A stretch of DNA of 18,385 bases from Candidatus Hodarchaeota archaeon (GCA_048886685.1 JBHLKM010000004.1:1-18385); one strand, 5' to 3'. Shown: positions 1 to 8,590, counted from the stretch's first letter. Notes: generated by a model not told the origin, from the letters alone. Translations and numbers: made by a program.

Positions 1-1006
1 TCTGGTTGCAGTTTATTAAGATAACTGAATTTAACAATGTTCTCATCTATAATTAAATCTAACATTTTATCAATTTTCTCATCTTCCCGAAAATAATAAG
101 TTTTATCCTCATTGAACCCTAACTTAAAGAAATTTATAGGGTATAAACGTTCTTCTGTTATATTTTGCACAAAAAAGTTAAGTGTGGCAATTCTTATATT
201 ATATTTAAGCGAAAAATTTTCAGGTGATATATATTCTGGATATTTATTTGGATGATTTATAGAAAGAAATAATAATATTTTATAAAAATCTTCTTTTGAC
301 GGCAGTGCATTCTCAATTTTCGCATAATCTAAATGATTATTCAAATCTAAGAATATAATTTCTACATCTTCATCTTCAATTTCATACTTATTAAGAAAAT
401 TCTTTACTTTTTCCTTGATATCTTCAATTTTTTCTATTTCTTCTTCTAAAACTGTTTGATAATCTAAATGATATTTTTTCAACATTTTATTATATTGCCC
501 TTCGCCTAATTTGGTAATTCTGTATTCCATGTTCTCACTATCTGCAAATCCCTTTTCTATTAAAAGATTTAGATTTTTAGATAGGGAATGGTGATTAATA
601 GAGAGAGGTTTCTCAAGGAAATCTGCCCATTTACAATAATCATTATTAAACAACATCCAAAGAATAATATGATCGTAATTTCTCTTATGCAAAATAATTT
701 CTGGAGGGTACCTTAACTTTCTTTCGAAAGAATCTTTGAATCTTAAGTCAATATATCGTTTTCTACCTTCAGAAGTAACCTCATAAATTCCTTTACTTTT
801 TTTCTCTACATAACCATTTGACATTAAGATATTCATATATTTAGATAATGTAGCTAAACTGATCTCTAAAGGTTCCTCTAAAAAATCAGACCAATTACAT
901 TCATCATTATTATTTAACATCCACAGAATAATATATTCAAAGTCTTTTTTTTCAATGCCGGAAGGATTGATTAATTCTTGAGGAGGATAATTTATCTTTT
1001 TCGCAC
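1..1006 (-). CDS. Partial protein with two tandem winged-helix-like repeats (putative DNA-binding regulator); runs off the left edge; start codon uncertain
   Basis: Manual translation, not in the ORF track: frame is open from 1040 to the window edge. It reads AKKINYPPQELINPSGIEKKDFEYIILWMLNNNDECNWSDFLEEPLEISLATLSKYMNILMSNGYVEKKSKGIYEVTSEGRKRY, then a second copy LRYPPEIILHKRNYDHIILWMLFNNDYCKWADFLEKPLSINHHSLSKNLNLLIEKGFADSENMEYRITKLGEGQY. The LSK..N.L...G....Y..T..G pattern is typical of wHTH domains. The first in-frame ATG (920) lies inside repeat 1; the GTG at 1006 is 1 nt out of frame. Confidence 0.8.
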
Positions 1007-1134
1007 AGATTTTACAAAACCACCTATCACATCTTAGTTTTCAATGTTATTGTAAAATTACAAATTATCATACTTTCATGTAAAAATCCCTATATATAAA
1101 TATGACAATAGAGTTTAAATAATTTAATTGAAAT

Positions 1135-1335
1135 ATTAAAAATCTCCTATTTCTCGTTTCTTTTCTCAATATTTTATTCTAATTTTGTAAGACTTCGCGC
1201 TTTAATCAAAGTTTCGAATAAACTAAGATAAAGAAGTATCGCACTTTGAGATAAGTTTCGAAGCTAAATCTAAAAATAAATATGTGATCTAAGAGTTAAT
1301 CAACAGTATTTAATTAAAAAAGGCTGATAAAAACG
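1135..1335 (+). repeat. Upstream element A, copy 1 (duplicated promoter/leader; core 1181-1277)
   Basis: Gapless alignment to 2605-2805 (offset 1470). Core 1181-1277 vs 2651-2747 is 86/97 identical by manual count; flanks are weaker but colinear. Confidence 0.9.
1195..1261. promoter_or_regulatory. Pair of imperfect palindromes TCG-N2-CTT-N6-AAG-TTT-CGA (1195-1217, 1239-1261), 44 bp apart; putative operator or recombination sites
   Basis: TCGCGCTT-TAATCA-AAGTTTCGA and TCGCACTT-TGAGAT-AAGTTTCGA; the same pair is conserved in element A copy 2. Confidence 0.55.
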
Positions 1336-2448
1336 AATTTAAATAGAGGTAAAGAAAAGATCCTATTTTATTTCTTACTTTATAGTATTATCATATTTTC
1401 TATGTTTATGGGGATTGAAATAAATGGGACAGAGTTAAATGATGAGATAAGTAAGAAATATTTTCCAAAAAACGCAGGAACTTGGGAATTATCACCATTT
1501 GAGATTGATGCTACTGCCACAGGCGTTGGTGGTCATAATTGGACATGGGCGGTAAGTCAAATGTGGTGTACAGGCTTAGGTACTTGGAATAATCCTTATG
1601 TCATCGAAGATCTTACTATTGACGGAGGAGGTTCAGATTACTGTATCTCAATTCGAAATTCGGATGTACATTTTAGAGTCGAAAATTGTAAACTTTCCAA
1701 TACAGGTTCTGGAACCGAAGACGCAAGTATTAAATTGCTCAATACTGATAATGGAATAGTAATATATAATACTTTATCGTTTAATGGGCGCTGTGGAATG
1801 TTTCTCAAGTATAGTAATAATAACACAATCTCAGAAAACACTGTTAATGATAATGATGTTTTTGGGATAAGATTGATGTTTAGCAATAACAATGAAATTT
1901 CAGGAAATACTGCTCTTAGAAATATAATAGGAATATATTCACATTTTGAGTGCAATAATAATACAATTTCAGGAAACACATGCAATAATGGAGAAGGGGG
2001 CATTACATCAGGATTAACACTCGAGTTTGAGTGTAATTACAACAGAATTTCAGGGAACATAGCAAAAAATAATCTAATGGGTATAACAATAGAAAATCTA
2101 TGTAATAACAACACAATTGAAGGAAATACTTTTAAAAGCAATTCATTGCGTGGGATATGGATAAAAAAAAGTAATTTTAACCTTGTAAGTGAAAATACGG
2201 TAAATAAAAATAACATCGGGATTGATTTAGAAGAATCTAATTATACTCATATTATAGAAAATACTTTACTTGGAAATAGTATATGTATAGATGAAGAAGA
2301 TTGTGTGGGGAATTTTTTTCAAAATAACAATTGCGACGAAATACAAACAACAGCTATCAATGGATACGAATTACATTTCTTAATTGGCGTAGTTGTCATA
2401 ATCTTTGGAATTTTAATTAGAAGACAATTGAAATTTTCATCCTCTTAA
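1333..2448 (+). CDS. NosD/CASH-type right-handed parallel beta-helix surface protein with a C-terminal Loki-CTERM-like membrane anchor (ORF track starts at 1402; probable true start is ACG at 1333)
   Basis: Repeated G(I/M)xLxxSNNNxISxNT-type beta-helix motifs; WCTGLGTWNNPYVIEDLTIDGGG; C-terminal INGY + hydrophobic helix + basic tail (INGYELHFLIGVVVIIFGILIRRQLK). The in-frame extension from 1333 gives a signal-peptide-like N-terminus. Confidence 0.85.
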   Translation, partial: TNLNRGKEKILFYFLLYSIIIFSMFMGIEINGTELNDEISKKYFPKNAGTWELSPFEIDATATGVGGHNWTWAVSQMWCTGLGTWNNPYVIEDLTIDGGGSDYCISIRNSDVHFRVENCKLSNTGSGTEDASIKLLNTDNGIVIYNTLSFNGRCGMFLKYSNNNTISENTVNDNDVFGIRLMFSNNNEISGNTALRNIIGIYSHFECNNNTISGNTCNNGEGGITSGLTLEFECNYNRISGNIAKNNLMGITIENLCNNNTIEGNTFKSNSLRGIWIKKSNFNLVSENTVNKNNIGIDLEESNYTHIIENTLLGNSICIDEEDCVGNFFQNNNCDEIQTTAINGYELHFLIGVVVIIFGILIRRQLKFSSS

Positions 2449-2470
2449 AGTCTTTTATTATTTTATAATC

Positions 2471-2567
2471 AAGCTATAGAATTGGAGGATCAAGTTTAGA
2501 TATCTAGCTTCTCGAATGACCACACCTAAACCAATAATCCTCCTATTCTATATTTTTTTTTCTTTTA
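2471..2567. repeat. Downstream element B, copy 1: long imperfect hairpin followed by poly-T (terminator-like or structured element)
   Basis: TATAGAAT-T-GGAGGAT...GTTTAG...CTAAAC...ATCCTCC-T-ATTCTATA then T9. 2471-2552 is 76/82 identical to 3479-3560. Confidence 0.9.
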
Positions 2568-2604
2568 TTGCTTTTTCTTAATGGAATAGTTATGAGGAAA
2601 TTTG

Positions 2605-2805
2605 ATTAAATACCTCCTGCTTGTCGTGACTTATCCTAATATTTCATTCAAAATTTATAAGACTTCGTACTTTGTTCAAAGTTTCGAATAACTTAAGAAA
2701 AAAAAGTATCGCACTTTGAGATAAGTTTCGAAGCAAAATCTAAAAATTGTATAGTCGCATAAATATCAATAACAACAATCTAACACAAAGAGGTTCAAAA
2801 AAATG
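2605..2805 (+). repeat. Upstream element A, copy 2 (core 2651-2747)
   Basis: Gapless match to 1135-1335, ending at the ATG of 2803..3438. Confidence 0.9.
2665..2731. promoter_or_regulatory. Second pair of TCG-N2-CTT-N6-AAG-TTT-CGA imperfect palindromes (2665-2687, 2709-2731)
   Basis: TCGTACTT-TGTTCA-AAGTTTCGA and TCGCACTT-TGAGAT-AAGTTTCGA, with the same 44-bp spacing as copy 1. Confidence 0.55.
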
Positions 2806-3438
2806 AAGAAATTAAAACTAATTCAAAAATTAACATTGGTAACTTTAGTAGGTCTTATGGTATTTGGTCTTTCAACAGGAGCTCTAGGGGCTAATACTGA
2901 AAAAATTAGACCGATTGAAGAATGGGGAGAAGTTAATCCTTTCCTTGGTGTTTGGTTTGTTTGGCCTAGACTATTTTTTGCTTATGACTGGTATGGTGAA
3001 CTTGCTGATCCCGATACAACCTATGATGGATTTATTCTTGAAAAGGAGAACTCTGATGGATCCCTTGATGTAAAAGTAAACTTGTTCATCCATAATGTGC
3101 CTATGGGTGTACTTGAATGGCAAATGGGATTAATTTTTATGGGTGCTGGAGAACTTCATTTTTATACAGAATTTACAATGGATAATGGTTACTATGGTAT
3201 TGAATTACCCACGTTAGATAATCTTATTGAGAATTACACCTTTGGAATTCATGGCCAACTAAAATCAATGCATTTTGTTGCTTATGGTTCTGGAGTTTAT
3301 TTTATAGAAGATGTGTCAGCAAAGCTTACATTTAAAGGATTGGGATTAGTAAAACCCGATTTACGAGATGATCATCCATTGCGTGGGATTTACCCTATAA
3401 TTTGGCCCGGTGAATTCATAAAAATCCATACAATATAA
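2803..3438 (+). CDS. Hypothetical secreted protein
   Basis: 211-aa ORF with a Sec-type signal peptide (MKKLKLIQKLTLVTLVGLMVFGLSTGALGA) and a GAGG SD-like motif upstream. No family recognised. Confidence 0.85.
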   Translation: MKKLKLIQKLTLVTLVGLMVFGLSTGALGANTEKIRPIEEWGEVNPFLGVWFVWPRLFFAYDWYGELADPDTTYDGFILEKENSDGSLDVKVNLFIHNVPMGVLEWQMGLIFMGAGELHFYTEFTMDNGYYGIELPTLDNLIENYTFGIHGQLKSMHFVAYGSGVYFIEDVSAKLTFKGLGLVKPDLRDDHPLRGIYPIIWPGEFIKIHTI

Positions 3439-3478
3439 GAAAGTGAGGTTAAACTAGCGAGGGTTGAATTACTTAACT

Positions 3479-3578
3479 AAGATATAGAAGCGGAGGAATA
3501 AGTTTAGATATCTGGCTTCTCGAATGACCACACCTAAACCAATAATCCTCCTATTCTATATATTTTTTTTTTCTTTTA
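3479..3578. repeat. Downstream element B, copy 2: hairpin + poly-T
   Basis: Near-identical to 2471-2567; begins 40 nt after the stop of 2803..3438; T10 tract at 3563-3572. Confidence 0.9.
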
Positions 3579-3783
3579 ATAACTTTGTTAATAAAGTAAT
3601 TGTTACAAAAGACTTTGTGTGAATAATCTTCTTAGAAATAAGAAAAAAGCAAAAAATTAAGATCATAAGGTTTAATAACAAATGTAATGAAATATTTATT
3701 TATTTATTACAAAAATGTGAAATCTTATAAAAAAGAATTTTAAAATTAATACTTCTGAATAAATTTTTGAATCATGAGTCTGA

Positions 3784-5484
3784 ATGACAGCAGAAACAAC
3801 CCGACCTAAGAAGAAAGTATCAATATTTAAAAAAAAGCCTTTTATTGTTGGAGGAATATCAGGTATTATAGCAATAATGGGTATTGTGATTGGTATTAAT
3901 CTTTACTTTAACATTTCGCACCCTGAGGTTGTTTTGGTTTTTGGTACACAGTATAATCCCAGTTTTATTGATCCACTTGCAGCATATGCTGAAAGCGACG
4001 TAAATCTCATCGATCAAGTTGCTGAAGGATTATTTGATTATAATTATTCTAGTGAATTTTTTGAACCCATTCCGAACTTAGCAAAAAATTTTTCATGGAA
4101 TAATAATGCCACAGAATTAACATGTTATCTTAGAGAAAATGTTTTGTTTCATGATGGAACAAAATTTGATGCTACAGCAGTCAAATGGAACTTTGAAAGA
4201 ATAAACAGGTTAATTAATCATACCGACTTTGCTGCGTCTCATTTATGGTTATTACCTGATGGTAGGACCATCATTAATAGAACTCAAGTTCTAGATGATT
4301 ACACTATTAAATTTATATTAAACGCCCCCTATGTGCCTTTTAAAGCTTTATTATCCTCTTGGACATCGTATATATTATCACCTGAATCTACACCTGCGGA
4401 TGATTTTATTGACCTTCTATCTGGTAAATTAGTAGGAACTGGTCCTTTTATTTATGATATATATGAGTATCCAGAAAAATTATCATTATCGACAAATTCA
4501 AATTATTGGGGTGTTAAACCAAAAATCGATAAATTAATTTTTTTTGTGGTAGGCACTAATCCCGTCCGAGTTGAAGCTATGCTTTCTGGGGAAATTCATA
4601 TGTTAGTTGATATTTCCTTTAATGAAACAACCCTCGATAGCTTCAGAAATAATTCCGAGTTTACTGTACAAGAAGGGATGCTTGATGCTAAGTTTAATTT
4701 TCTCATAATGAATAATAAATTAATTAATACAACAATGAGAAAAGCAATCTCTTTTGCTTTTAATTACTCATATTGGTTAGACCTTTTGCAAGTAGTTAGA
4801 GCAAAATCACCCCTTCCAGAAGTTATACTTTACTATAATATAACAGGTTTAAAAACTCCTTATTGTAATATTTCAATAGCAAGACAAACTTTGAAAGATG
4901 CAGGTTGGCCCGGAACTAGTAGTTTAACAGTAAACAATAACATCAGTACTGGTAATGAATGGGAAAAACTCGTAGAAGATGGAATCCCTCTTGCAACTTA
5001 TAATTTTTCTTATTTTCCAGAAGCGTGGTGGAAAGCACTTTCGGGACCTTTAGCTGAAAATCTTAAACAAATTGGAGTAAAAATAGAAAATGCTAATATG
5101 TCCTTTGGACAATGGTTGGATATAATGAATGAAGAGTCTGGTTATCATAGAAATATGCTTGGACTTACCTACACAGGTTGGATAGCAGATTTTAATGACC
5201 CTAGCACTTTTGTTAATCCATATTTCACAAATAAAGTACCTGCAGTAAATTGTGGTCAAGTCAATGATACTCTAACACAACAATGGATGGAGGAGGCATT
5301 AGGAGAGTCAAATGAGATTTCAAGAGAAAATCTTTACTATAAGATTCAAAAACGACTTATTGAAGACGTTTTTCCGCATGTTTGGCTATGGACATCAACA
5401 CGTACGGATATCTATATATCAAATTTAAGAGGATGGTATTCTAATCCATATAAACTTGTATTTAAATCAGTTTATTTCGTCTAA
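3784..5484 (+). CDS. ABC transporter substrate-binding protein, family 5 (DppA/OppA/NikA-like), N-terminally membrane-anchored
   Basis: Family-5 motifs PIPNLAKNFSW, LRENVLFHDGTKFDATAVKWNFER, VGTGPF, NYWG, MRKAISFAFN, GWIADFNDP; N-terminal TM helix. Confidence 0.92.
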   Translation: MTAETTRPKKKVSIFKKKPFIVGGISGIIAIMGIVIGINLYFNISHPEVVLVFGTQYNPSFIDPLAAYAESDVNLIDQVAEGLFDYNYSSEFFEPIPNLAKNFSWNNNATELTCYLRENVLFHDGTKFDATAVKWNFERINRLINHTDFAASHLWLLPDGRTIINRTQVLDDYTIKFILNAPYVPFKALLSSWTSYILSPESTPADDFIDLLSGKLVGTGPFIYDIYEYPEKLSLSTNSNYWGVKPKIDKLIFFVVGTNPVRVEAMLSGEIHMLVDISFNETTLDSFRNNSEFTVQEGMLDAKFNFLIMNNKLINTTMRKAISFAFNYSYWLDLLQVVRAKSPLPEVILYYNITGLKTPYCNISIARQTLKDAGWPGTSSLTVNNNISTGNEWEKLVEDGIPLATYNFSYFPEAWWKALSGPLAENLKQIGVKIENANMSFGQWLDIMNEESGYHRNMLGLTYTGWIADFNDPSTFVNPYFTNKVPAVNCGQVNDTLTQQWMEEALGESNEISRENLYYKIQKRLIEDVFPHVWLWTSTRTDIYISNLRGWYSNPYKLVFKSVYFV

Positions 5485-5536
5485 GGTATTATCTTTAATT
5501 TCAGCAAGAATGGAAATAAATTATAATGAGCTTTTT

Positions 5537-6508
5537 TTAGTGACTTATGATATCAATAATACGTGTACCAGTTATGTAAAATGACAAATTATAGTTATTT
5601 TTAGTAAGAAAATCAAAGGACTTATATAAATACCCCACAACACCCAAATATTTAATGTCAAATCCTTCTACACTTTCTAAGGGAGCGATGCCAATTTCTG
5701 ATATAGGAAAAGTAAACAATGCTCCAATTTCAGAATTATTATCTTTATAATTCAAATTTAGGTTTCCTGTGTTTATTGTTGCTAAGCCAGTTATGTTCGC
5801 ACCCATTTCATTATCTTGATGGATTTCAAGATACATATTACCAACTTCAATATTAAGAATCCAAGTGGTATTTTGAGTACACACTAAGTTAAATGAGTTT
5901 AATTTAATATCACCATATTTGGTAATTCCTGTTATATTATTTCCTATTATACAGCTATAAAAATCATAAAAAATATCACCTTTGGTAATATTTGTAAATA
6001 CTTTGCCAATAAAAACTCCCCACGGAACCGTTATTTTGAAATCTCCTTCAATAACTATTGTAAGAATATCAAGAGTGATGTCCTTCCTAATAAATATAAT
6101 TATTTCAATATTTTTCTTGATCCATTTTGAAGGATCATTCCAATTATCTGATAAAAGCTCCATAGTAAAATTGAGTGAAGAACTAGTGTTATCCCAATTA
6201 ATACTAAAGTAATCGGAATATGATTTCCCAGCCACATCAGAACCAATTACATCAAAATTTACATCTATCTTTACAGCATCTTCAACTTGAGGATCAACAT
6301 AGTTTATCTGAATATTTCCTATATCAATGTTAAGATTCAATTCTTCGATTGAAGAAATATTATCTGGAGCACATTTAAAAGAAATACCCCCATGAATTAT
6401 ACCATAAGGTGCGAGAGTGGTTGAAAGGAAAACTATTGGGAAAGTAATGATTAAACTAAAACCGAGAATAACAATAATACTAATTGCTATGATACTTTTA
6501 TTCGCCAT
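5537..6508 (-). CDS. Hypothetical membrane-anchored protein with beta-strand repeats (DUF4097/adhesin-like)
   Basis: 323-aa ORF with an N-terminal hydrophobic helix and recurring GNI/GDI/GDF turn motifs (IDIGNIQINY, ITKGDIFYDF, TKYGDIKLN, INTGNLNLNY). Family assignment is tentative. Confidence 0.7.
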   Translation of the reverse strand: MANKSIIAISIIVILGFSLIITFPIVFLSTTLAPYGIIHGGISFKCAPDNISSIEELNLNIDIGNIQINYVDPQVEDAVKIDVNFDVIGSDVAGKSYSDYFSINWDNTSSSLNFTMELLSDNWNDPSKWIKKNIEIIIFIRKDITLDILTIVIEGDFKITVPWGVFIGKVFTNITKGDIFYDFYSCIIGNNITGITKYGDIKLNSFNLVCTQNTTWILNIEVGNMYLEIHQDNEMGANITGLATINTGNLNLNYKDNNSEIGALFTFPISEIGIAPLESVEGFDIKYLGVVGYLYKSFDFLTKNNYNLSFYITGTRIIDIISH

Positions 6509-6726
6509 CGTATATTCTCATGATTAGAGTTAATGAATCTACAATTAATCATATAGAAAAGGATTATATTTAAACTAATTCTTCAAAACAAATTTTTAAT
6601 AATGATGTTTAACTCAAATTTAAAAGATTTATAATTGGAAACAATCTAATATTTCTAATGGATGTTTTTTTCAAAAAATTCTTAACATAATTTAATCTAT
6701 AAAATAGAATTGGAAAAGGTACTAAT

Positions 6727-8556
6727 ATGTTGGAAGAATCAAAGTCAGAAGACTCAAATTTCATTGATGTTAAAGAATTTAATAAAAGATTTCAAGAATG
6801 GGCTAAAAAATATGGGCCACTCCTCTTAGAACTTGGAAAGTTGGGGACAGAAGATAAACTTTCATGGGGATTGATTCTTGAAGAAAACGCACAAAAGTAC
6901 CCGGATAATCCTGCTATTAAGTTTGAAGATATCATTTTAACCTATAAAGAATTTAATGATATGGTTAATCAATATGCAAATTATTTTATCTCTTTAGGTT
7001 TGAAAAAAGGTGATGTAGCAAAAGTTTTAATAAAGAATCGAATAGAGTTTTTAGTTCTGTATTCCGCAAATGCGAAAATAGGAGCAATATCTTCATTGAT
7101 CAATACGGATTTACGCAAAAAAACTCTGGTGTATAGTCTAAATCTTACCCCTGGTAAAATTATTATAGTAGGTGAAGAATGTTCTGATACATTTAATATG
7201 GTTAAATCTGATGTCAATTTATCTGATGTAAATCAGCTCTGCTTTGTATATGATAGTGGAGAAATGAAACTCCCTGAAGGTTTTATAGATCTTCTTCAAA
7301 CTGTAAAAAATTTCCCTACAAGCAATCCAAATACCACAACCAATGTTGAACCATCAGATGTTATTGCTTATTTATTTACTTCCGGTACAACTGGATTACC
7401 TAAAGCAGCATTACTAACACATTCCCGAGTGATTGGGCCAGGGTTTGCATTTGGGAAGTTAATAGCACAATTTACTCCAGATGATACTATTTATATCCCA
7501 CTCCCTTTCTTTCATGGTACTGCATTAATGACAGGTTGGTCATCCGTCTTTGTTAATGGAGCTGCTTTAGCATTAGCTCGTAAATTTAGCGTTAGCCATT
7601 TTTGGAATGATATTCGAAAATTTAACGCCACCAGTTTTAATTATGTTGGAGAAATATGCCGTTATTTGATGAACCAACCTCCTAGTGATGACGATTCAAA
7701 CAATCCTGTGCGAGTGGTAATTGGAAATGGTCTTCGACCAGAAATTTGGGTGGATTTTAAGAAAAGATTTAATATCCCTGTTATAGGAGAATTTTACGGA
7801 TCATCAGAAGGAAACGGAGGATTTGCTAATCTATTAAATTTTGACTGTACCTGTGGATTATCGCTCGGGGGTCATGCAATTGTACGATACGATCATGAAG
7901 AGGAGAAAATAATTAGAAATCAAAGAGGATTTGCTAAAAAAGTTCGCCCAGGAGAAGCCGGCTTACTCATGTTTGAAAGCATAGAGACTAGTAAATTTAG
8001 AGGATACACTGATGAGAAAGCAACTGAAGCAAAATTAATTCATAATGTCTTTAAAGAGGGGGATGTTTGGTTTAACACAGGTGATTTAATGCGGGATCAA
8101 GGCTGTAACCATGCTCAATTTGTAGATCGTCTTGGAGATACTTTCCGATGGAAAGGGCACAACGTTTCAACATCTGAAGTGGAAGAAATTCTCAATATAT
8201 TTGACCAAATTACAATATCTTCTGTGTATGGTGTTAAAATCCCAAATACAGATGGACGTGCAGGAATGGCTGCAATAGTTCCAAAATCCAATGCTAATGA
8301 GTTTAACTTTAAGGAGTTGGTTAAACTTTTAGCAGAAAATCTTGCACCTTATGCGATCCCAATTTTTCTTCGATTCAAAACAAATATGACAACTACACAT
8401 AGTTTCAAACTTAAGAAATTAAAGCTCAAAGAAGAAGCTTTCAATCCTGAAATTATTGATGATCCATTATTTATTTTGATCCCAAAGGAATCAAGATATA
8501 TACCTCTAACAAAAGTTATCTATAAGAGAATTCAGAAACAGAAATATAAGTTTTAA
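6727..8556 (+). CDS. Long-chain fatty acyl-CoA synthetase, FATP/SLC27/FadD6-type
   Basis: ANL motifs FTSGTTGLPK, GEFYGSSEG, WFNTGDL, FVDRLGDTFRWKGHNVS, YGVKIPNTDGRAGMAAI and YVGEICRYL, characteristic of the FATP/VLACS subfamily. Confidence 0.93.
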   Translation: MLEESKSEDSNFIDVKEFNKRFQEWAKKYGPLLLELGKLGTEDKLSWGLILEENAQKYPDNPAIKFEDIILTYKEFNDMVNQYANYFISLGLKKGDVAKVLIKNRIEFLVLYSANAKIGAISSLINTDLRKKTLVYSLNLTPGKIIIVGEECSDTFNMVKSDVNLSDVNQLCFVYDSGEMKLPEGFIDLLQTVKNFPTSNPNTTTNVEPSDVIAYLFTSGTTGLPKAALLTHSRVIGPGFAFGKLIAQFTPDDTIYIPLPFFHGTALMTGWSSVFVNGAALALARKFSVSHFWNDIRKFNATSFNYVGEICRYLMNQPPSDDDSNNPVRVVIGNGLRPEIWVDFKKRFNIPVIGEFYGSSEGNGGFANLLNFDCTCGLSLGGHAIVRYDHEEEKIIRNQRGFAKKVRPGEAGLLMFESIETSKFRGYTDEKATEAKLIHNVFKEGDVWFNTGDLMRDQGCNHAQFVDRLGDTFRWKGHNVSTSEVEEILNIFDQITISSVYGVKIPNTDGRAGMAAIVPKSNANEFNFKELVKLLAENLAPYAIPIFLRFKTNMTTTHSFKLKKLKLKEEAFNPEIIDDPLFILIPKESRYIPLTKVIYKRIQKQKYKF

Positions 8557-8590
8557 AGATGGGATTTTTTAAAATCCTACAAATAATTAG

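Noticed and set aside
1005-1031. Cys-rich peptide CDRWFCKIC in frame upstream of the wHTH gene
   Set aside because: No start codon precedes it before the in-frame stop, so it is probably untranslated leader.
2471-2567. Element B as a SECIS element (3' UTR hairpin containing AUGA)
   Set aside because: Neither upstream gene has an in-frame TGA to recode (both end in TAA). The AUGA lies in the apical region without a recognisable GA/GA quartet.
2144-3389. 13-bp exact match CATTGCGTGGGAT in both cassette ORFs (2144-2156, 3377-3389)
   Set aside because: A match of this length is expected by chance in an 18-kb window, and there is no flanking similarity.
1135-3578. Elements A and B as a CRISPR array
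   Set aside because: Only two copies each, far longer than CRISPR repeats and separated by whole genes; no cas genes seen.
3479-3578. Element B as a canonical integron attC site
   Set aside because: It lacks the RYYYAAC...GTTRRRY terminal boxes in the expected order and no IntI is present. The integron comparison is kept only as an analogy.
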